Source: Macrostomum lignano (Eukaryota). Taken from it: a DNA stretch of 64,000 bases. Shown piece by piece: positions 25,702 through 57,800 of the stretch. A program made the position numbers and the translations under genes. The notes beneath the pieces are model-generated. The model ran no database searches, had not been told where the DNA came from, and saw only the letters and a program-made list of their open reading frames with translations. Each line of letters starts with the position of its first letter. Positions within the stretch are counted from its first letter, which is position 1. The stretch is taken from assembly GCA_002269645.1 (NCBI GenBank), contig NIVC01004005.1:1-64000 (forward strand). The letters run 5' to 3'.

Positions 25702-26416
25702 TCGGTCTGCAAACGACTGTCATAGGGATTAGCATAGCTATTGCATCAATATTTAAAGGCGGTTTGAAAAGTCAATGAAAATGTATATATAAAGGGCTGC
25801 AGAAAAGTACATGTAGATAAAAGTGCATTTAGAAGAGAGAAGAAATAGCATAGTTGGCATGAATTGCACTGTTTGGTTGAAGGCACTGTATAAATTAAAT
25901 AGTTAAAAAGCAGCAGTCAATGAGCTCTGTTCACAGCGTTGGACTATACTCAAAAAGCTGTGTCATAAAAGATTCCAGATTCATGTACACAATTAATATG
26001 TACACAAGCTTAGATCCGAAAATAAAGAGACAAAATATGGACGGAATTAATCGCATTTATAAAGAAAGATTTATAGGCATTGCTGTGTTGTGTTGAGTCG
26101 CTCTGAGCAGCAGTGTGGGAGAGTTTGCCTGGCTATCGCAATCATTAATAAAATTGTTTTACTTCTTGCTTCAACGATTTACAATTTAAATTCGCGCTAA
26201 AAGAACATTAAAGTCTCCATGGGTTTCGATTCGAAAGTGCGGCCTCATTAACTAGAGCGTTGTCTCGACTGTCGCTTCGACTTGACTAAAAGTACACAAG
26301 TAAGTATAGACCTTTTTATCGGTGGCACTTTTAGTACCAGATTTTTTCGCGCGAATTTAAAATCGTTCTCAATCGGTCTGTTTGGCAAGACGGAGAATTG
26401 GCTTGTAGCTTACAAA

Positions 26417-26510
26417 CCCAGGCCAGCATGTACATCCAGGCCAGCATGTACATCCAGGCCAGCATGTACACCCAGGCCAGCATGTACACCCAGGCCAGCA
26501 TGTACATCCT
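26417..26510. repeat. 18-bp repeat, 5 copies, just downstream of the TOGARAM stop (3' UTR)
   Basis: CCAGGCCAGCATGTACAY repeated. Confidence 0.9.
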
Positions 26511-26522
26511 CCAGGCTTGTTG

Positions 26523-44664
<18,142 letters not shown>

Positions 44665-46029
44665 TCGTCTGGGCGTCCTGGTCGCGGTCGTACCGGGACC
44701 CAGTCCTCCTCGCTGATCAGCAGAGACCAGCTGGCGTCATGTTTGGTGCCGATGATTAATGTAAATTAAATTCCTGTAAGGGAATATTTGAGCGTATGCA
44801 TCCTCACATTTAGTACAAAACAACTAAACAAAGTAAAAAATCAAGTTTAAACGCGTCGGAAGAAAGAATTTATTATAATCTATGTTGATTTTAACTTTTG
44901 TATTTCTCTGCCTGCTAAAGCGTGCTACCTTACCTCAAGTAAACAATAAATCGATTTTTTCGTTTAAGAGAGACTGTCACGTTTAGTCTTATTTTTAAAC
45001 TTATTTTATTTTGTAACCTTTTAAAAGCATTTTTCTAAATAACTAGTATGCTATTTTCTAACTATTTTCTAAATAACTAATAGGCACAATGCACAATCAA
45101 GTCTTAAACAGTAATAAATGTTTTACTGTTTTTTACTGTATTTATTCTTTTCAACATCGATTGTTGAAGTTGGAGGTCAATCAGACACTAAAAGTAGCTA
45201 ATTTAAATTAAAAGGTGCAAATTTGCAAGTTGGAAATGATTTTTATAACTTTCTAGAACTTGAATGAAAATGTAAATGTCTTCAGCTTCAAAAGCACATA
45301 TGCATAAATAATAATATCGAAAACATTTTCTAACAATCAATAGAATTTTTTTACTTTTTTTACAAATTACGGATAAATTAATGCGTGTGATAGCAAAGAA
45401 GGATTTTTAGTTGGGCATACAAAGCAATTATTCAAGTTTTCTAACAGCCTAGTATATTCTTTTAACTTAATTTCTGAAGCTAAGACAGTTTGGACTAATT
45501 ATGGGAAAGAATAATATAACTTATATTATAAAGACGGATAGACAAACCCTAGACAAATATAAAAAATATATCCATTCCTAGTTGTTCACATTTCCTAAAA
45601 ATCTTATATTTTGTTAGATGGTATCGGTCAATAAAAATGATTTCAGAAATAATTGGTTGTATACTAGACTACGACCCACGCTCTCTTCCAACCCCAACTA
45701 TTTAAGGATACCTACCATGTGTTTTTTATTTCAGATCGAATATAATTTTAGTGTACGGTTAAGTTGAAAGCTGATTTTTATGTATAAAATTAGAAAATAA
45801 TTCCACGGGAGCGTGTCAAATGTAACACACGAAGTTAGTTTACATAGGAGGTTATTTAAAACAAAATTAAAATGTTACCGGTCAGGTATTTTTTCAATTT
45901 AAGTTTTGCGGTTTATGCCTGTTTTTATTAATTTTCTAGGTTTTTATATTTTTTTCCGTAATGCTTTTTTTACTTTTATGTGTTTTGGTTTGTCACGCTG
46001 CTGACACGAAACATCTGACATGTATTATC

Positions 46030-46721
46030 CGAGGACTGCTCAACTAAAAGGACGGAAAACTAAGTTTCTTAGAAAATGTTTAGGAGGCAGGTTTTCGCCG
46101 AAAAATACACTACGGAGATAGGAAGTTTTCACTTCTTTCAGCACAAAAATTGTTATTGCTTCGATAAGAGGCACCCAATGTTCAGCTTTTGTGCCTTTCT
46201 TATAGCTCTATTCGATATTCATAAAGCTTTTCGTTCAGAATATTAGGATTCTGCTATTTTTTTCTAAGTACATTCCCTGTACTTACAATGGATGGCGCAT
46301 GCAGCTCCTCATTGGTTTTATGAATCTATTTTTATCATCTCTGTAACATATGTTTAATTATTACACAGTCAGCTAAGAATGATAAAATAGAATAATAAAT
46401 ACTAAGAGCCGAGCCCTGCTATTCTAAATTTTTTTAGGCACAGGAGATGTACAATTGTACGTAAAATAAAAAAATACATAACATTCTAATTTTCTGAACG
46501 AAAAGCTTTTTGAATATCGAAAAGAGCCATAAAAAAGGCACAACACATCAAAAGCTGAACATTGCAGTGTTTGCCTCCTATCGAAAGCAATAACGACTTT
46601 TGTGCTGAAAGAAATGAAAAGTTCCTATCTCCGTAGTGTATTTTTCGGCAAAAACCAGCCTCCTAAACATATTCTAAGAAACTTAGTGTTTTCCGTCCTT
46701 TAGTTCAGTAGTCGTCCTTCG
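46030..46721. mobile_element. Older foldback element with about 230-bp imperfect TIRs
   Basis: AACTAAAAGGACGGAAAACTAAGTTTCTTAGAA...AGCTTTTCGTTCAGAA mirrors TTCTGAACGAAAAGCT...TTCTAAGAAACTTAG..TTTTCCGTCCTTTAGTT, with many mismatches. Confidence 0.8.
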
Positions 46722-46783
46722 CAATTCTCGCAAATACTCGTACAGAAAATTTCATATCATATCAATATATTGCATATCATGAC

Positions 46784-47488
46784 GAATTACGGTTACTTCG
46801 GTGACAGTCAGTTCGGTGACAGTCACTTCGGTGACATCCATTTCGGTGACAGGTTACTTCGGTGACAAAATAATGTGTGCATAATTTCACATCTAAACTG
46901 AAATAAATACTCTAGATTAGTCACTCGTAATTTAATGCCTTGCTTAAATAGGTCAGTTTTGAAAAGGAAGTATACTGCTTGTTTAAAGTGAGGTGTTTCT
47001 AAGAAAAAGAACTTAATTTTTAAGATTTCTTTTCAAAGCAAAGTGCAGCTTCTCAGAAACATGCTATTTCGTCGAAAACGTAACTTGTCAAAAGCTTACA
47101 AAATAAATATATAAAATACTGTGACCATGCACATCGGCAAAGCATTTGATGTAAAGGTAAAATTATAAGATTAATTAAGGCTTAGATTTATTTCTTAGAG
47201 CATTTTTTCATGTTTATTTCTTAGAAACCCTTCGCTTAAACAAAAAATTATATTGTACCTCACATATATTTTGTATATTCACTTAGCAGGACATTGAAAT
47301 ACAGTAATTTCTAAGAAAACTATTTTAACTTAAATTCAAAATCTTTTTTAAATTATTGACCAAAAGGTTTTTTTTCAAAAATGTCCTATTGAACCATTCG
47401 CATTGGCTCGACACACGTTTGTCACCGAAGTAACCTGTCACCGAAACGGCTGTCACCGAACTGACTGTCACCGAAGAAACCAGTTCCC
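46784..47488. mobile_element. Non-autonomous TIR element with tandem subterminal TTCGGTGACA repeats, 8-bp TSD
   Basis: 5 copies of TTCGGTGACA at the left end and 4 of TGTCACCGAA at the right. ATCATGAC flanks both sides (46776-46783 and 47489-47496). Confidence 0.8.
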
Positions 47489-48748
47489 ATCATGACAGCT
47501 ACATATGTAGGAATCGCATGTAAATCACTCAATATCACAACAGTACACGATGAGTATCTGTATACACGACTAGTATATACACGGACATGAACTCAAATAT
47601 ACATATAGAATAAACTTTACAACACTTGCACAATGCTGTACATGTACATACATGCAGAGCACGCAGAGCACGCAGAGTGGTTATTTTAGCTCGTAATTTG
47701 CATGTGTAGTTCAGCTGAGTAAATAAACGCGAATATCACGGACCACCGGGCAGTTAGTAGTCCGCTGTAAAAGTTAAAGACGCTACCCATTGAAACAATT
47801 TTTTTCTTTTTTTTCAGAAGCTCACTAAGCGATGAAATTGAAGCATTCAGAAAGCGATGGCATACACACTGTAATTCACGGTGCAATGGAAATGAGCCCC
47901 GATCATGTACCGAGCTGTATAAGCTACGATGTGCATTTCTGATTGACTAAATCCATAATCGAATTTCAGAACATTTTTAGCAAAAGCGCTACTCTTTCTA
48001 CTGTTATCACACAGATCAGAATAAATTTCATTAGGCAAGGTGATTTATTGGTGCGAAGCATGTAACTACAATAGCATTTGAGTCCATTTTTTATCTAAAT
48101 GCTTGCGCAAACAATTAGGATTGTGTTCAGACTTGAAAGTGCTACAAATATATGGGATATAAATATACTTTGTACTGGCATAAAAGTAAGTAAAATGGGA
48201 AACAGGGCAAGGACAAGCAGTTGGAGCAGCAGTTGAAGCAGCTACAGAAGACAACAGCGATGGTGAAGTACGAGCATCAGCGGATGTGAAGCTTCAGCTC
48301 GATGGCAACGAAAAAAAACTGCATTTGATGAGAAGTCAGATTTCTCTGCAGTAAAGCCAGGACAATATCAAATTTTGCTTCTTGTCTACAAATTTTGTCT
48401 AGATGGACTCAACAGTATTTCGCGAGCAATATAGTACTATTATGAATAGTAACATGCACGTCTTTTCATTGAAATTTTTTCGATCGTTGGCAAGGTGTCA
48501 AATGGGTTATAAAGCTTTTGCTATCAGACAATAGTAATGCATAACTCAATTTAGCAATAAACATTAAAATGGGTTCTGCACAATTCAATAAAAGCTGGCG
48601 GAGAACTTTAATTACGAGTAGACTGCAGTGGCCCGTGTGGTCCTGCCGGCGCTATAACGCCATTGGATTGTTGAAAGTGTTCTGTATTAGAGATTCTTCT
48701 TGATTCACTGACTCGCATAAGATTAGATGGGAATGATCGAGGTGAAGC

Positions 48749-48811
48749 CAGGGACTACTAAATATTTAGTATTATACTTAATACTTAGTACTTAGTATTT
48801 AGTAGTCCCTG
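48749..48811. mobile_element. 63-bp hAT-type mini-MITE
   Basis: CAGGGACTACTAAATA...TATTTAGTAGTCCCTG with 8-bp TSD GGTGAAGC (48741-48748 and 48812-48819). CAGGG termini plus an 8-bp TSD are typical of hAT. Confidence 0.85.
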
Positions 48812-49112
48812 GGTGAAGCGCTTACAAGTTTGAAAACAGAATTCCCACTAAATTCCCGGCCAATTAGATCCAGATGTCCATGGAGATCCAGTCCAGTTAG
48901 ATCCAGATGTCCACGGAACTCTAGTCCGAATTCTCAATAGGTCTATGGGATTCTTGGTTAGATAATAGAGCCAGAGGTCCCATGGACGTCCAGTCCAGGT
49001 AATCCCAGCTAGAGGTCCGTGCCTTCTTTATGAAGACAGAGGTAAAAAATTTGGAAGCTCAGGGAGAATGACAGCCGGGAGAAATGAGGAATGAATGAGA
49101 CAGATGAAGGCT

Positions 49113-52100
49113 TCATCGCTTGCCGGTAGCTGAAAGCGACTTTCTTGGCGACCCGGCGGCTCCCAGAGAGGAATCGCGCATCGGCGACTGGCTCGAGCGC
49201 AGGTCGTCGCCGCCGCCGCTGGTTGCTGATCCGGTTCGGCCGCCTGCGACGGCGCCAGCTTTGCGGTTGAACTTGCTGGCCTCCTGCTCGCTGCGCAGCG
49301 AGTCCCACAGGTGGCGCACGTGCTGCTCAAAGGTGCGGCCTCGGATGCGGAAATTGTCGCCGCCTTGGAGCTTCTGGAGCAGCTCTGACACCTGAGAAGA
49401 GACCAGCGGGTGATATCGGATCCTGATTTCCCCAGAGGCTAAATTCATGAATATCGAAAACCATTAGTTTAAAAATCCGTATAACTTCCGAATCACGGTA
49501 CAAACTTTATGAAATCGCTCACCTTCTTCTCAACCTTGGGCAGCTCCTTCTGCAGCTGTTTCCGCTCCTTATCAGTTTTCAACAGCACGCCGCCACGGTT
49601 GCTCAGAATTGCCGGATCCTTCATCCGCTGCTCAACGTCCAGGTAGGCCCGCCAGGTGTCCTGATACAGTCCCACCGCTGCGTACAGTTCGCGATTCTTC
49701 TCATACGACTCGCGCAGCTCGTCGATTCGTCGCTCTAGAGCCGCGACGCCCTCCTCCGTGTCGTCCAGGTCGCCGCCGATCAGTGTGGCATCCTCGTCGG
49801 CTTCGTCGCCAGTGTCGTCGAGGAAGCAGGTGGCGCGCAGCTCGCTGAGGGACAGTGGAGAGATATTAAAAGTTCTATTCAGCGATATAATTCGCAAGGT
49901 GGGGCTTTCGGCGCTGCCAATCGAGCTGCAAATCAAGGCGAACAACAGGCGACCGAGGAGGCTGGCAGTCATGCTCATTCCGCTGACGCCTGAGCAACGC
50001 ACATGGATACTGTACGCAGGCACACGCTCACACAGGGTGTACAGCGGCCCAGACTTTCTCATCGCCAGGCATGTACACTCTCTGTGCCTTGGGGGCTGGC
50101 TCTGACAAGTCTAGAGATTGTACCTTCACAATATCCATCCACTAACCTGGCCTCTCTCCTCAGATTAGCCAGATAGGCCGTAGCCTGGGACCACTTGAGC
50201 TCCTGGCATTTGTCCGACTCCTCCTGCAGCGCATCCAGAGTGCTCTGCCTGTAGCCAGCGTGCTGCGCCAAGAACGCCTCCTGCTCCTCGTGTGGGATGT
50301 CCAGCCTGGTCCACATCACCCGGATGTGCTGACGCAACTCGTCGCAGGTGCCAACCAGCATCGCTTTGTGCTTCACCAGTCGCAGTCGCAGGGCCTCCAG
50401 CTGGCTCAGCGTGGCGTCGCTCAACGGCAGCCGCGTTGTCTCCTCGCCGGCGAGCACCGCGTCCTCCAGAGCCTGCGCGGCATCGTCCGCGCCAGACCCT
50501 GCCGGGCTGCCGGCGAACTCTATGTCCAGGGCGATTCGTCTGACGTCCTCCGCAAGGCCGGACAGCCGTTTCAGCATGTCGTCGCGACGTCGCTCGAGTT
50601 CCGCTACTCGAGACTGCAGACGCTCGAGGTCCTGCGTAGGACGTAGGAGTGAAATGAGAATGAAAAATAAAAAGTGTGTAGGACGGTAGGCAATACGTAG
50701 GTCTGTAAGTACTGTATAGGAGAGTTAAACGCTTAATTTGTCCTCATACGTTCACTGTCTTGAAGAGGCAGCAATGGTAGAGCAATAATACGTTCAAAAC
50801 TCGCACCAAAGTTCCGGGGTTCGATTCCAAGGCTTGGAAACATTATTTCACTCTTTAGGTACAATTTCCAAGGCACGGGTGTTAAATTGCATAGCAATCT
50901 GTGTGCCTGTACCCAAAGCTGTTTCGAAACATTCAGGGTGTCATTTACAATGCAGTACCCTGGGAGTGAAGTTACAAGATTATATGCATTACTTAGTTAC
51001 TTAGCTAGTTCCCATGGAGGAACTACTGACATTGCAGCAAATCAAGGCGACCCGCAGTTTTGTCCATTCCGCTGAGCAATTAAGCACGAGCACTGATACG
51101 TACGCAGCCCTGACATACTAGTATAGTGTGCTCTGAGGGTTGGCCTACTGTAGCTAACATGTAAATGCATTACATTTCTTCCTAGCGGCCTGAGCACCCA
51201 TCAGGGCGAGTGTTTGGTTCTCACCTGCTCGCTCGGGATAGCATCGTCAGCATCAGTCGTCGAATCAACGCCATCGCCATCCGTCGTCGTCGCCTCCGCA
51301 GGTTTCGTCGTCGCCGTCTCGTCCGGCAGTCCGAGCCGTTCGCAGAGGCTTCGCACTTGAGCAGTGAGCTCAGACTGGCGGGCCTGTCTTTCTTTAATAT
51401 CGGCCTCAAACTGAGCAATGTGCGCGTCTAAATGCTCGAGCAGGCTGAGAGATGGCAGGCCGCGGGGAGGAAAGTAGGGCGGTAGGCGCAGAGTCTGGCA
51501 GATCTGAGCTGCCCGACGCTTGCGGGCCTCAATTTCCGTGTCGAGCTGCACACGGCGCTGGTTCTCAGCCGAGATGAAGTCGAACATGCGCGCCTGAAGC
51601 TGTTCGGCGAGAGTGTGAAGTCGCTCCGTTCTCTGCTCGTCTGGGTAGCCTGGGTGGCGGATGGTTCCCATGGCAATGAGACGCTGAGGATTTTCTATCG
51701 GATAAGTACAGAAGTGACTCAATCATAAGTTATTTATAGCTTGTAGTAAATAAAGCTAGTACAATTCCTTTGTTCTTGTACAAAGCCGAAAAGATCACTG
51801 CCGTCCGTACACGATGATCTTATAGATCTGGATAGTCTATAGTACGAGTACAGCAAAGCTCCAGACCAATGCAACTCTAGTACAGCAAAGCTACAGACCA
51901 ATGCAACTCTAGTACAGCAAAGCTACAAACCAATGCAACTCTAGTACAGCAAAGCTACAGACCAATGCAACTCTAGTACAGCAAAGCTACAGACCAATGC
52001 AACTCTAGTACAGCAAAGCTACAAACCAATGCAACTCTAGTACAGCAAAGCTACAGACCAATGCAACTCTAGTACAGCAAAGCTACAAACCAATGCAACT

Positions 52101-52455
52101 CTAGTACAGCAAAGCTACAAACCAATGCAACTCTAGTACAGCAAAGCTACAGACCAATGCAACTCTAGTACAGCAAAGCTACAGACCAATGCAACTCTAG
52201 TACAGCAAAGCTACAAACCAATGCAACTCTAGTACAGCAAAGCTACAGACCAATGCAACTCTAGTACAGCAAAGCTACAAACCAATGCAACTCTAGTACA
52301 GCAAAGCTACAGACCAATGCAACTCTAGTACAGCAAAGCTCCAGATATGAAAGAGATTATTGAACACGCAATGCCTCCTCACCAATATAGTCCCAAATGC
52401 TTTCCAGTTCGCCAAGGCCGGGCTCAATGACATCCAGAATGATTTCCTTTCGCAT
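49113..52455 (-). CDS. PRC1: Protein regulator of cytokinesis 1 (MAP65/Ase1 family), 5 coding exons, about 527 aa
   Basis: Exons 52383-52455, 51225-51649, 50147-50631, 49523-49844, 49113-49391 with matching phases 1, 0, 2, 0. Motifs LESIWDYIG-YPDEQR, IRVMWTRLDIPHEEQEAF and DPAILSNRGGVLLKTDKERKQLQKELPKVE (cf. PRC1 DPNRFTNRGGNLLKEEK). Confidence 0.92.
50765..50840 (+). mobile_element. tRNA-like SINE head remnant
   Basis: A-box-like TGGTAGAGC and B-box GGTTCGATTCC without a full cloverleaf. Confidence 0.35.
51847..52345. repeat. 32-bp minisatellite, about 15 copies, in PRC1 intron 1
   Basis: CTAGTACAGCAAAGCTACAGACCAATGCAACT repeated, ending about 40 bp from the donor at 52382. Confidence 0.97.
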
Positions 52456-54267
52456 TTCAGCTGATGACTATTCCCGCCCTTCTCTGAGGCAGGTGACGCA
52501 GGCTCGCACAGGCTGGGGCAGGTGGCAGATGAGATTCTCAATGAGTTTAATGTCAATTGGCAAACCGTTGTTGCCACTATAAAAAGTTTGATTTCAGTGA
52601 ATGAATTACCGCAGATAGTGATAAAAGACTGCTATATTTCTTCACTCGTCTACACTGCGCCCGCAAGCCTACCAAGGTCAAGCGTTTCTGTTCGTAAATC
52701 TCAACTGGCCATTAAAATATGTTCTTGCTCTTTTTTCTAACGCTCTCCTCACGCGGGGGTGTAGCTTCGTGTGTAAATGTATATACAGTACTCTGTCGCA
52801 GTGAGGCACAGAGTATGTTATGTTTGTATTTATCTCGCTGTCAAACCTGCTGTACGCATATCATTTTTGGACTGGCCTGGTCCTTTAAAGGGGTGGTTTT
52901 TTGCTTTTTTTGCTTCGAGTCTCAAACGGCCGCTTTGGGAGTCCCCGCGCGACCGCCCTGTGCAAACTGTGCATTGGCCCAGCATAAGAAATTTCTGAGC
53001 TCTCCTGAGGTCTACAAGGACAGACTAAGGCTGAGACTTGACTGACTTAGAGAGATAGAACTGATGCAAGTGCAGTGCAGATGAGAAACTGCTGCGGTAC
53101 CCCCCTATTTGAGAAACGGCGCATTCTAATGCGACACAGCCATATTAGTCAATTACAGAGTGTAAACACGTCTGTACTGTAGATTTTACTCACCTATTTA
53201 GAAGCAATGATTATTAATTTGTTGCTGTCCGCGATCGCCTAGACTGGCTTGACTAACTCTCCCGATTGCGCTGTTGTTGGGGAAATGAGAACCAAAAAAT
53301 AGGAGAAACGGGCGGAGAGAGCGGAGCAGGACCTGGGAGAGAGGAGGAACGGCGGGGCTAAGAGAGAGAGAGAGAGAGTGTGTGTGAGTCGCTGCTGCTG
53401 CTCTTCCCCCAGAGTACACTGTCCTGTTCCAGCTAACGGCCAATCCAGCACGAGCCTGCCATGTGTGTACAGTGACTGGTCAATTAGAGGGCTCTGTCCT
53501 GCCTGTTCGCCTCTTCCCAATGCTTGCGCACCCTTCAATACAAAATGCCTCTCCCATAGCTAGCTTCATTTTCCCTATCTTGACACTTCAGTGCGCCGTA
53601 CTGTGCCAGCCTGGCCTGGTTTCCTGTCTGTCCATCGCCGCCTCCCCCTCCCCCCCAAGCTCAAGTACGCGTTCGCCTTAACTGACGCGCTCCGTGCATC
53701 CTCCAGAGCGTCTGCTGCACCAGCTGCTTGGAAAATTGGGGAGGGGGGAGGGGGTAATGCGAGGCAAAAAGAGAAAGAAAAGAAACAAGGGAACCTGGAT
53801 AAGCTATTGATAACTCCCCCCCCCTCTTCTAAGAGTCTGCGCAGTTTGGTTAGCCGCAACAGATGCAGGACGCTGCTGCTGTCCCCGCTGTCTGCTGCTT
53901 TCATTCATTCGGAAAGCTGGCCTCCCGTGGTGTCTGTTGCCCATCGCGGAATTCCACAGATCCAAAAAGTGCAGCTTGGGAGATTTCGGAGAGACCTTTT
54001 TCCTAAACGAGACAGAGGGACGCGGGCTTACGTTGCAAACTGCATTGGCGATATAGGAGATTTTCAGTCTTTTAGCACTATATTGACAACCTCGCCTTCT
54101 TCTGGACTCCCAAATAGCGAATGAAGTGAAATCGTGCGTTTTGTTCGAGGGTTGGTTATAGGAAGTTTTTCAACCAAAAGTTTTTCAACTGCTACCGCTG
54201 CTCCTGACTCTGTTTTTGTGCTTCTGTACTGAATTTCCTTGGCCTAGTTTGTCTGCGGTAAAAGTAT

Positions 54268-54885
54268 GACACTAATTGCTTGTAGGACAGACACTAATTG
54301 CTTGTAGGACAGACACTAATTGCTTGTAGGACAGACACTAATTGCTTGAAGGACAGACACTAATTGCTTGTAGGACAGACACTAATTGCTTGTAGGACAG
54401 ACACTAATTGCTTGAAGGACAGACACTAATTGCTTGTAGGACAGACACTAATTGCTTGTAGGACAGACACTAATTGCTTGTAGGACAGACACTAATACCG
54501 CTAAAGCAGACACTAAGTCAGACACTAAGATAGATACTAAGACAGACACTGAGACAGACACGAGGACAGACACTAAGGCAGACACTGAGACAGACACTAT
54601 GACAGACACTAAGACAGACACAGATACTAATAGAGACACTGAGACAGACACTAAGAACTAATAGAGACAGACACTAAGAACTAATAGAGACAGAAACTAA
54701 GAACTAATAGAGACAGAAACTAAGAACTAATAGAGACAGAAACTAAGAACTAATAGAGACAGACACTAAGAACTAATAGAGACAGACACTAAGAACTAAT
54801 AGAGACAGACACTAAGAACTAATAGAGACAGACACTAAGAACTAATAGAGACAGACACTAAGAACTAATAGAGACAGACACTAAG
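54268..54885. repeat. GACAGACACTA-core satellite: 22-bp units, then degenerate 12-mers, then 23-bp units
   Basis: GGACAGACACTAATTGCTTGTA (54268-54495) and GAGACAGACACTAAGAACTAATA (about 54650-54885). Confidence 0.93.
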
Positions 54886-54888
54886 GCG

Positions 54889-57800
54889 TGTAGTAACTGA
54901 GTCAGAGGCCGTGTTTGCTGTGTAGCCAAACTCTTACAAATCTTGCCGCGCTGGGCACGAGTCTATATATTATGGAGTTAGAATTGGGGTGGCGGCACCC
55001 ACCCCACTCCGCAGCCAATCAGACTGCCCGGGCGTACCATACTGTGCGTACGCACACTACATCTCTCCCCTTTCGAATAGAGACTGAGAGAGAAGAAAAT
55101 CGATTTAAACGTAACTCGAAAATACAAAGTTCGAAAGATTCACCGATGATGCGCATTGAAAATGGAGATTAAAATATTAAGGAAATAAAATATTTGAATT
55201 GAATGCAGCAAAAACGTAAAAAAACTTCAGTCCGCATATTACGGAAAAGAAAGTCAGTTAATTTCAGTCATCGCAGGATTTCAAATTCAGTCCTTGTAGA
55301 TTTTCACGCCCGCCCGAGCAGCGCGGGGGTGCGGGCGCAGCGCCACGGGGGAGGCGGGTGGATCTCGGGCCGCCTCGCCCGAAGCTCTCGGTGCAGCGGT
55401 CTGCGTCTGGGCGCCGGCGTCGGCCAAGTCGGGGCTGACGACTTTGACCGCCGTGCAGTGCCGCCAGCAGGTCGTGCCGTCCCGGCGTAGCAGCAGCGAG
55501 TTGCCGGCCACCCGCTGGACTGTCCAGGCACCGCTCTCGAATGGCGTCTGCGTCTTGCTGGCACCGACCCGCCGTCGTAGCACCGAGTCGCCGACCTGGA
55601 CGTCGTGCCTCCGTGGTCGCCTTTTTGCGTCCGCGTGCTGCTTCATCGCCGCCTTGGCGCCAGCGTCGGCTTCTCTCAGCCGCTGCTCGTTGATGCGGAC
55701 TCGCTGGGACGGCCGGGCGGCGGGGATGATGTCGTTTGGCCGCCGGCCCATCAGCAGTTCGGCTGGTGCGCGCCCGGTGGCCGTATGCGGCGTGTTCCTG
55801 TAGGCCAGCAGCCACTCGTCCAGAGCGGCCCTCCAGTCCCGCCGCTCCTCGATGGCTGCTCGCACGACTTTGTTGATGGAGCGGTTCAGTCGCTCTGTCA
55901 TGCCGTTGGCCGCTGGGTAGTAGGGCGTGATGAGGCGGTGCTTGATCCCGTAGCTCGCCAGGAACCGGCCGAACTCCTTGGACGAGAAAGGTGGTCCATT
56001 ATCTGTCACGAGCTCCTGTGGGATCCCGAAGCGGGCGAACATCTCTCGCAGGCGGGGAATCAGTGCCTCGGCCGTCGTCGTCTGCATGAGCTGCACCTCC
56101 GGAAACCTTGAGTAGCGGTCCACGCACACCAGCAGCATGTTGTTGTTGATGGGTCCCACGAAATCGGCGCCGATCGACAGCCAGGCGCCCGCGGGATCGG
56201 CGTCGGCTGCAGAGGCGTGGCCCGGACGGCTGGCGTGTGCGACGTGACGGCGCAGCTGCGGCATCGACTGACGAATTCCTCCGCTTGAGTTGCCATCCTC
56301 GGCCACCAGACCTTCGTGCAGAGTCTGGCGATCGTCTTCTGCGAGCACTGGTGTCCTTGATGCGCTAATTCGAGCATCTGCTGCCGCAGATCAGCTGGCA
56401 CGACGATTCGGTGGTGTCGAAGGAGGACCCCGTCAACCGCAGACAGCTCCTCTCGCAGCGCGTGGAGCGAGCGCATCTCGGGGTTGGAGCGATCCCACCG
56501 ACCGCCTTGCGTCGCCGCTATCGCCGCCCGGATGACTGGGTCGCTGGCAGAGCTCTTGCGTATGTCTTGGAGTGTCAGCGCCATCGGCACAGCCGCCTGC
56601 GCCACCTCGTTGATGTAGGCCTCCCTCCGCTGCTCGCCAAAACTTCCGTCGTGCTCGCTTAGGGGCTGCCTGCTGAGTACATCTGCAGCATTGGAGGCTC
56701 CCGGCTGGTACTCGACCTTGAACACTAGGTGCTGGATCCTGAGCGCCATTCGCTCGACTCGTGGAGGCGGCCGCGACCCAGGCGCGAACATGGCCGTCAG
56801 CGGCTTGTGATCAGAGACCACTGTGAACTGGGGCGATCCATGCAGGTAGTACTCAAACTTCAGGCAGCCGAACTTCACGGCGAGTGCCTCTTTCTCGGTC
56901 TGCGAATATCGCCGCTCGACATCGGAGAGGGTCCGGCTGGCGTATGCGACCGGCCTCGAGCTGCCGTCGCGCTGCACCTGCGCCAGGATGGCGCCCAGTC
57001 CGGTCGGCCCCGCGTCCACAATCAGCTGCGTGTGTAGCCGCTTGTCGTAAAAAGCCAGCGTTGTCGGCTCCGCGATGCTGCGCTTCAGCTGCTCAAAGGC
57101 GCTGGCCTGGTCGGCGCCCCATTGCCAGTCGACGGTCTTCCTGGTCAGGCGCCGCAGCGGCTCCGCCACCTTGGCCAGCTGTGGCGTGAACACGGCGAGG
57201 TAGTTCACGAGGCCCAGGAATGAGCGAAGCTGCCCAATCGACTCGGGCTCCTTGAAGTCTTGAACGGCGGCGACCTTGCTCTCCGTGGCCTGGACCCCTT
57301 CCGCCGTGAGCCGCATTCCATGAACTCGATGCTGCTGCGCGCCAGTCGGCATTTCCGAGCGTTCAGCGTGATGCCATGCTGCGCCAGGCGGGCCAGACAT
57401 GCCTCGAGGCTGCTGTTGTGCTCCGCCATCGTGCGGCCGAACACGACCACGTCGTCGTGGATCCATTTGACGTTGGGCAGGCCTGCCAGCACTCGACTCA
57501 TCACATTCTGCAGGATCTCCTGGGAGGTGGACAGGCCCATGCACAGCCGGGTGAGACGGCGAAGCCCGCGAGGCGTCGAGAATGTTAGCAGGTTGCGGCA
57601 TTTCTCGGCGACAGGCACCTGGTAGAACGCCTTCGCGATGTCCAGCTCTGAGAACACTGTGCTGCCGGCCATGTCCCCGGTCACCTCCTCGAAAGTCGGA
57701 ATCTGGTGTCGCTCGCGGATGACAAAGCGGTTGACATCGCGGAGGTCCTGCGTGATGCGCACCTCGCCCGGCTCCTTCTTGGGCACGACGACCATCCGCG

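Noticed and set aside
53575-54124. ORFs near the PRC1 5' region
   Set aside because: No recognisable domains; more likely promoter or UTR sequence.
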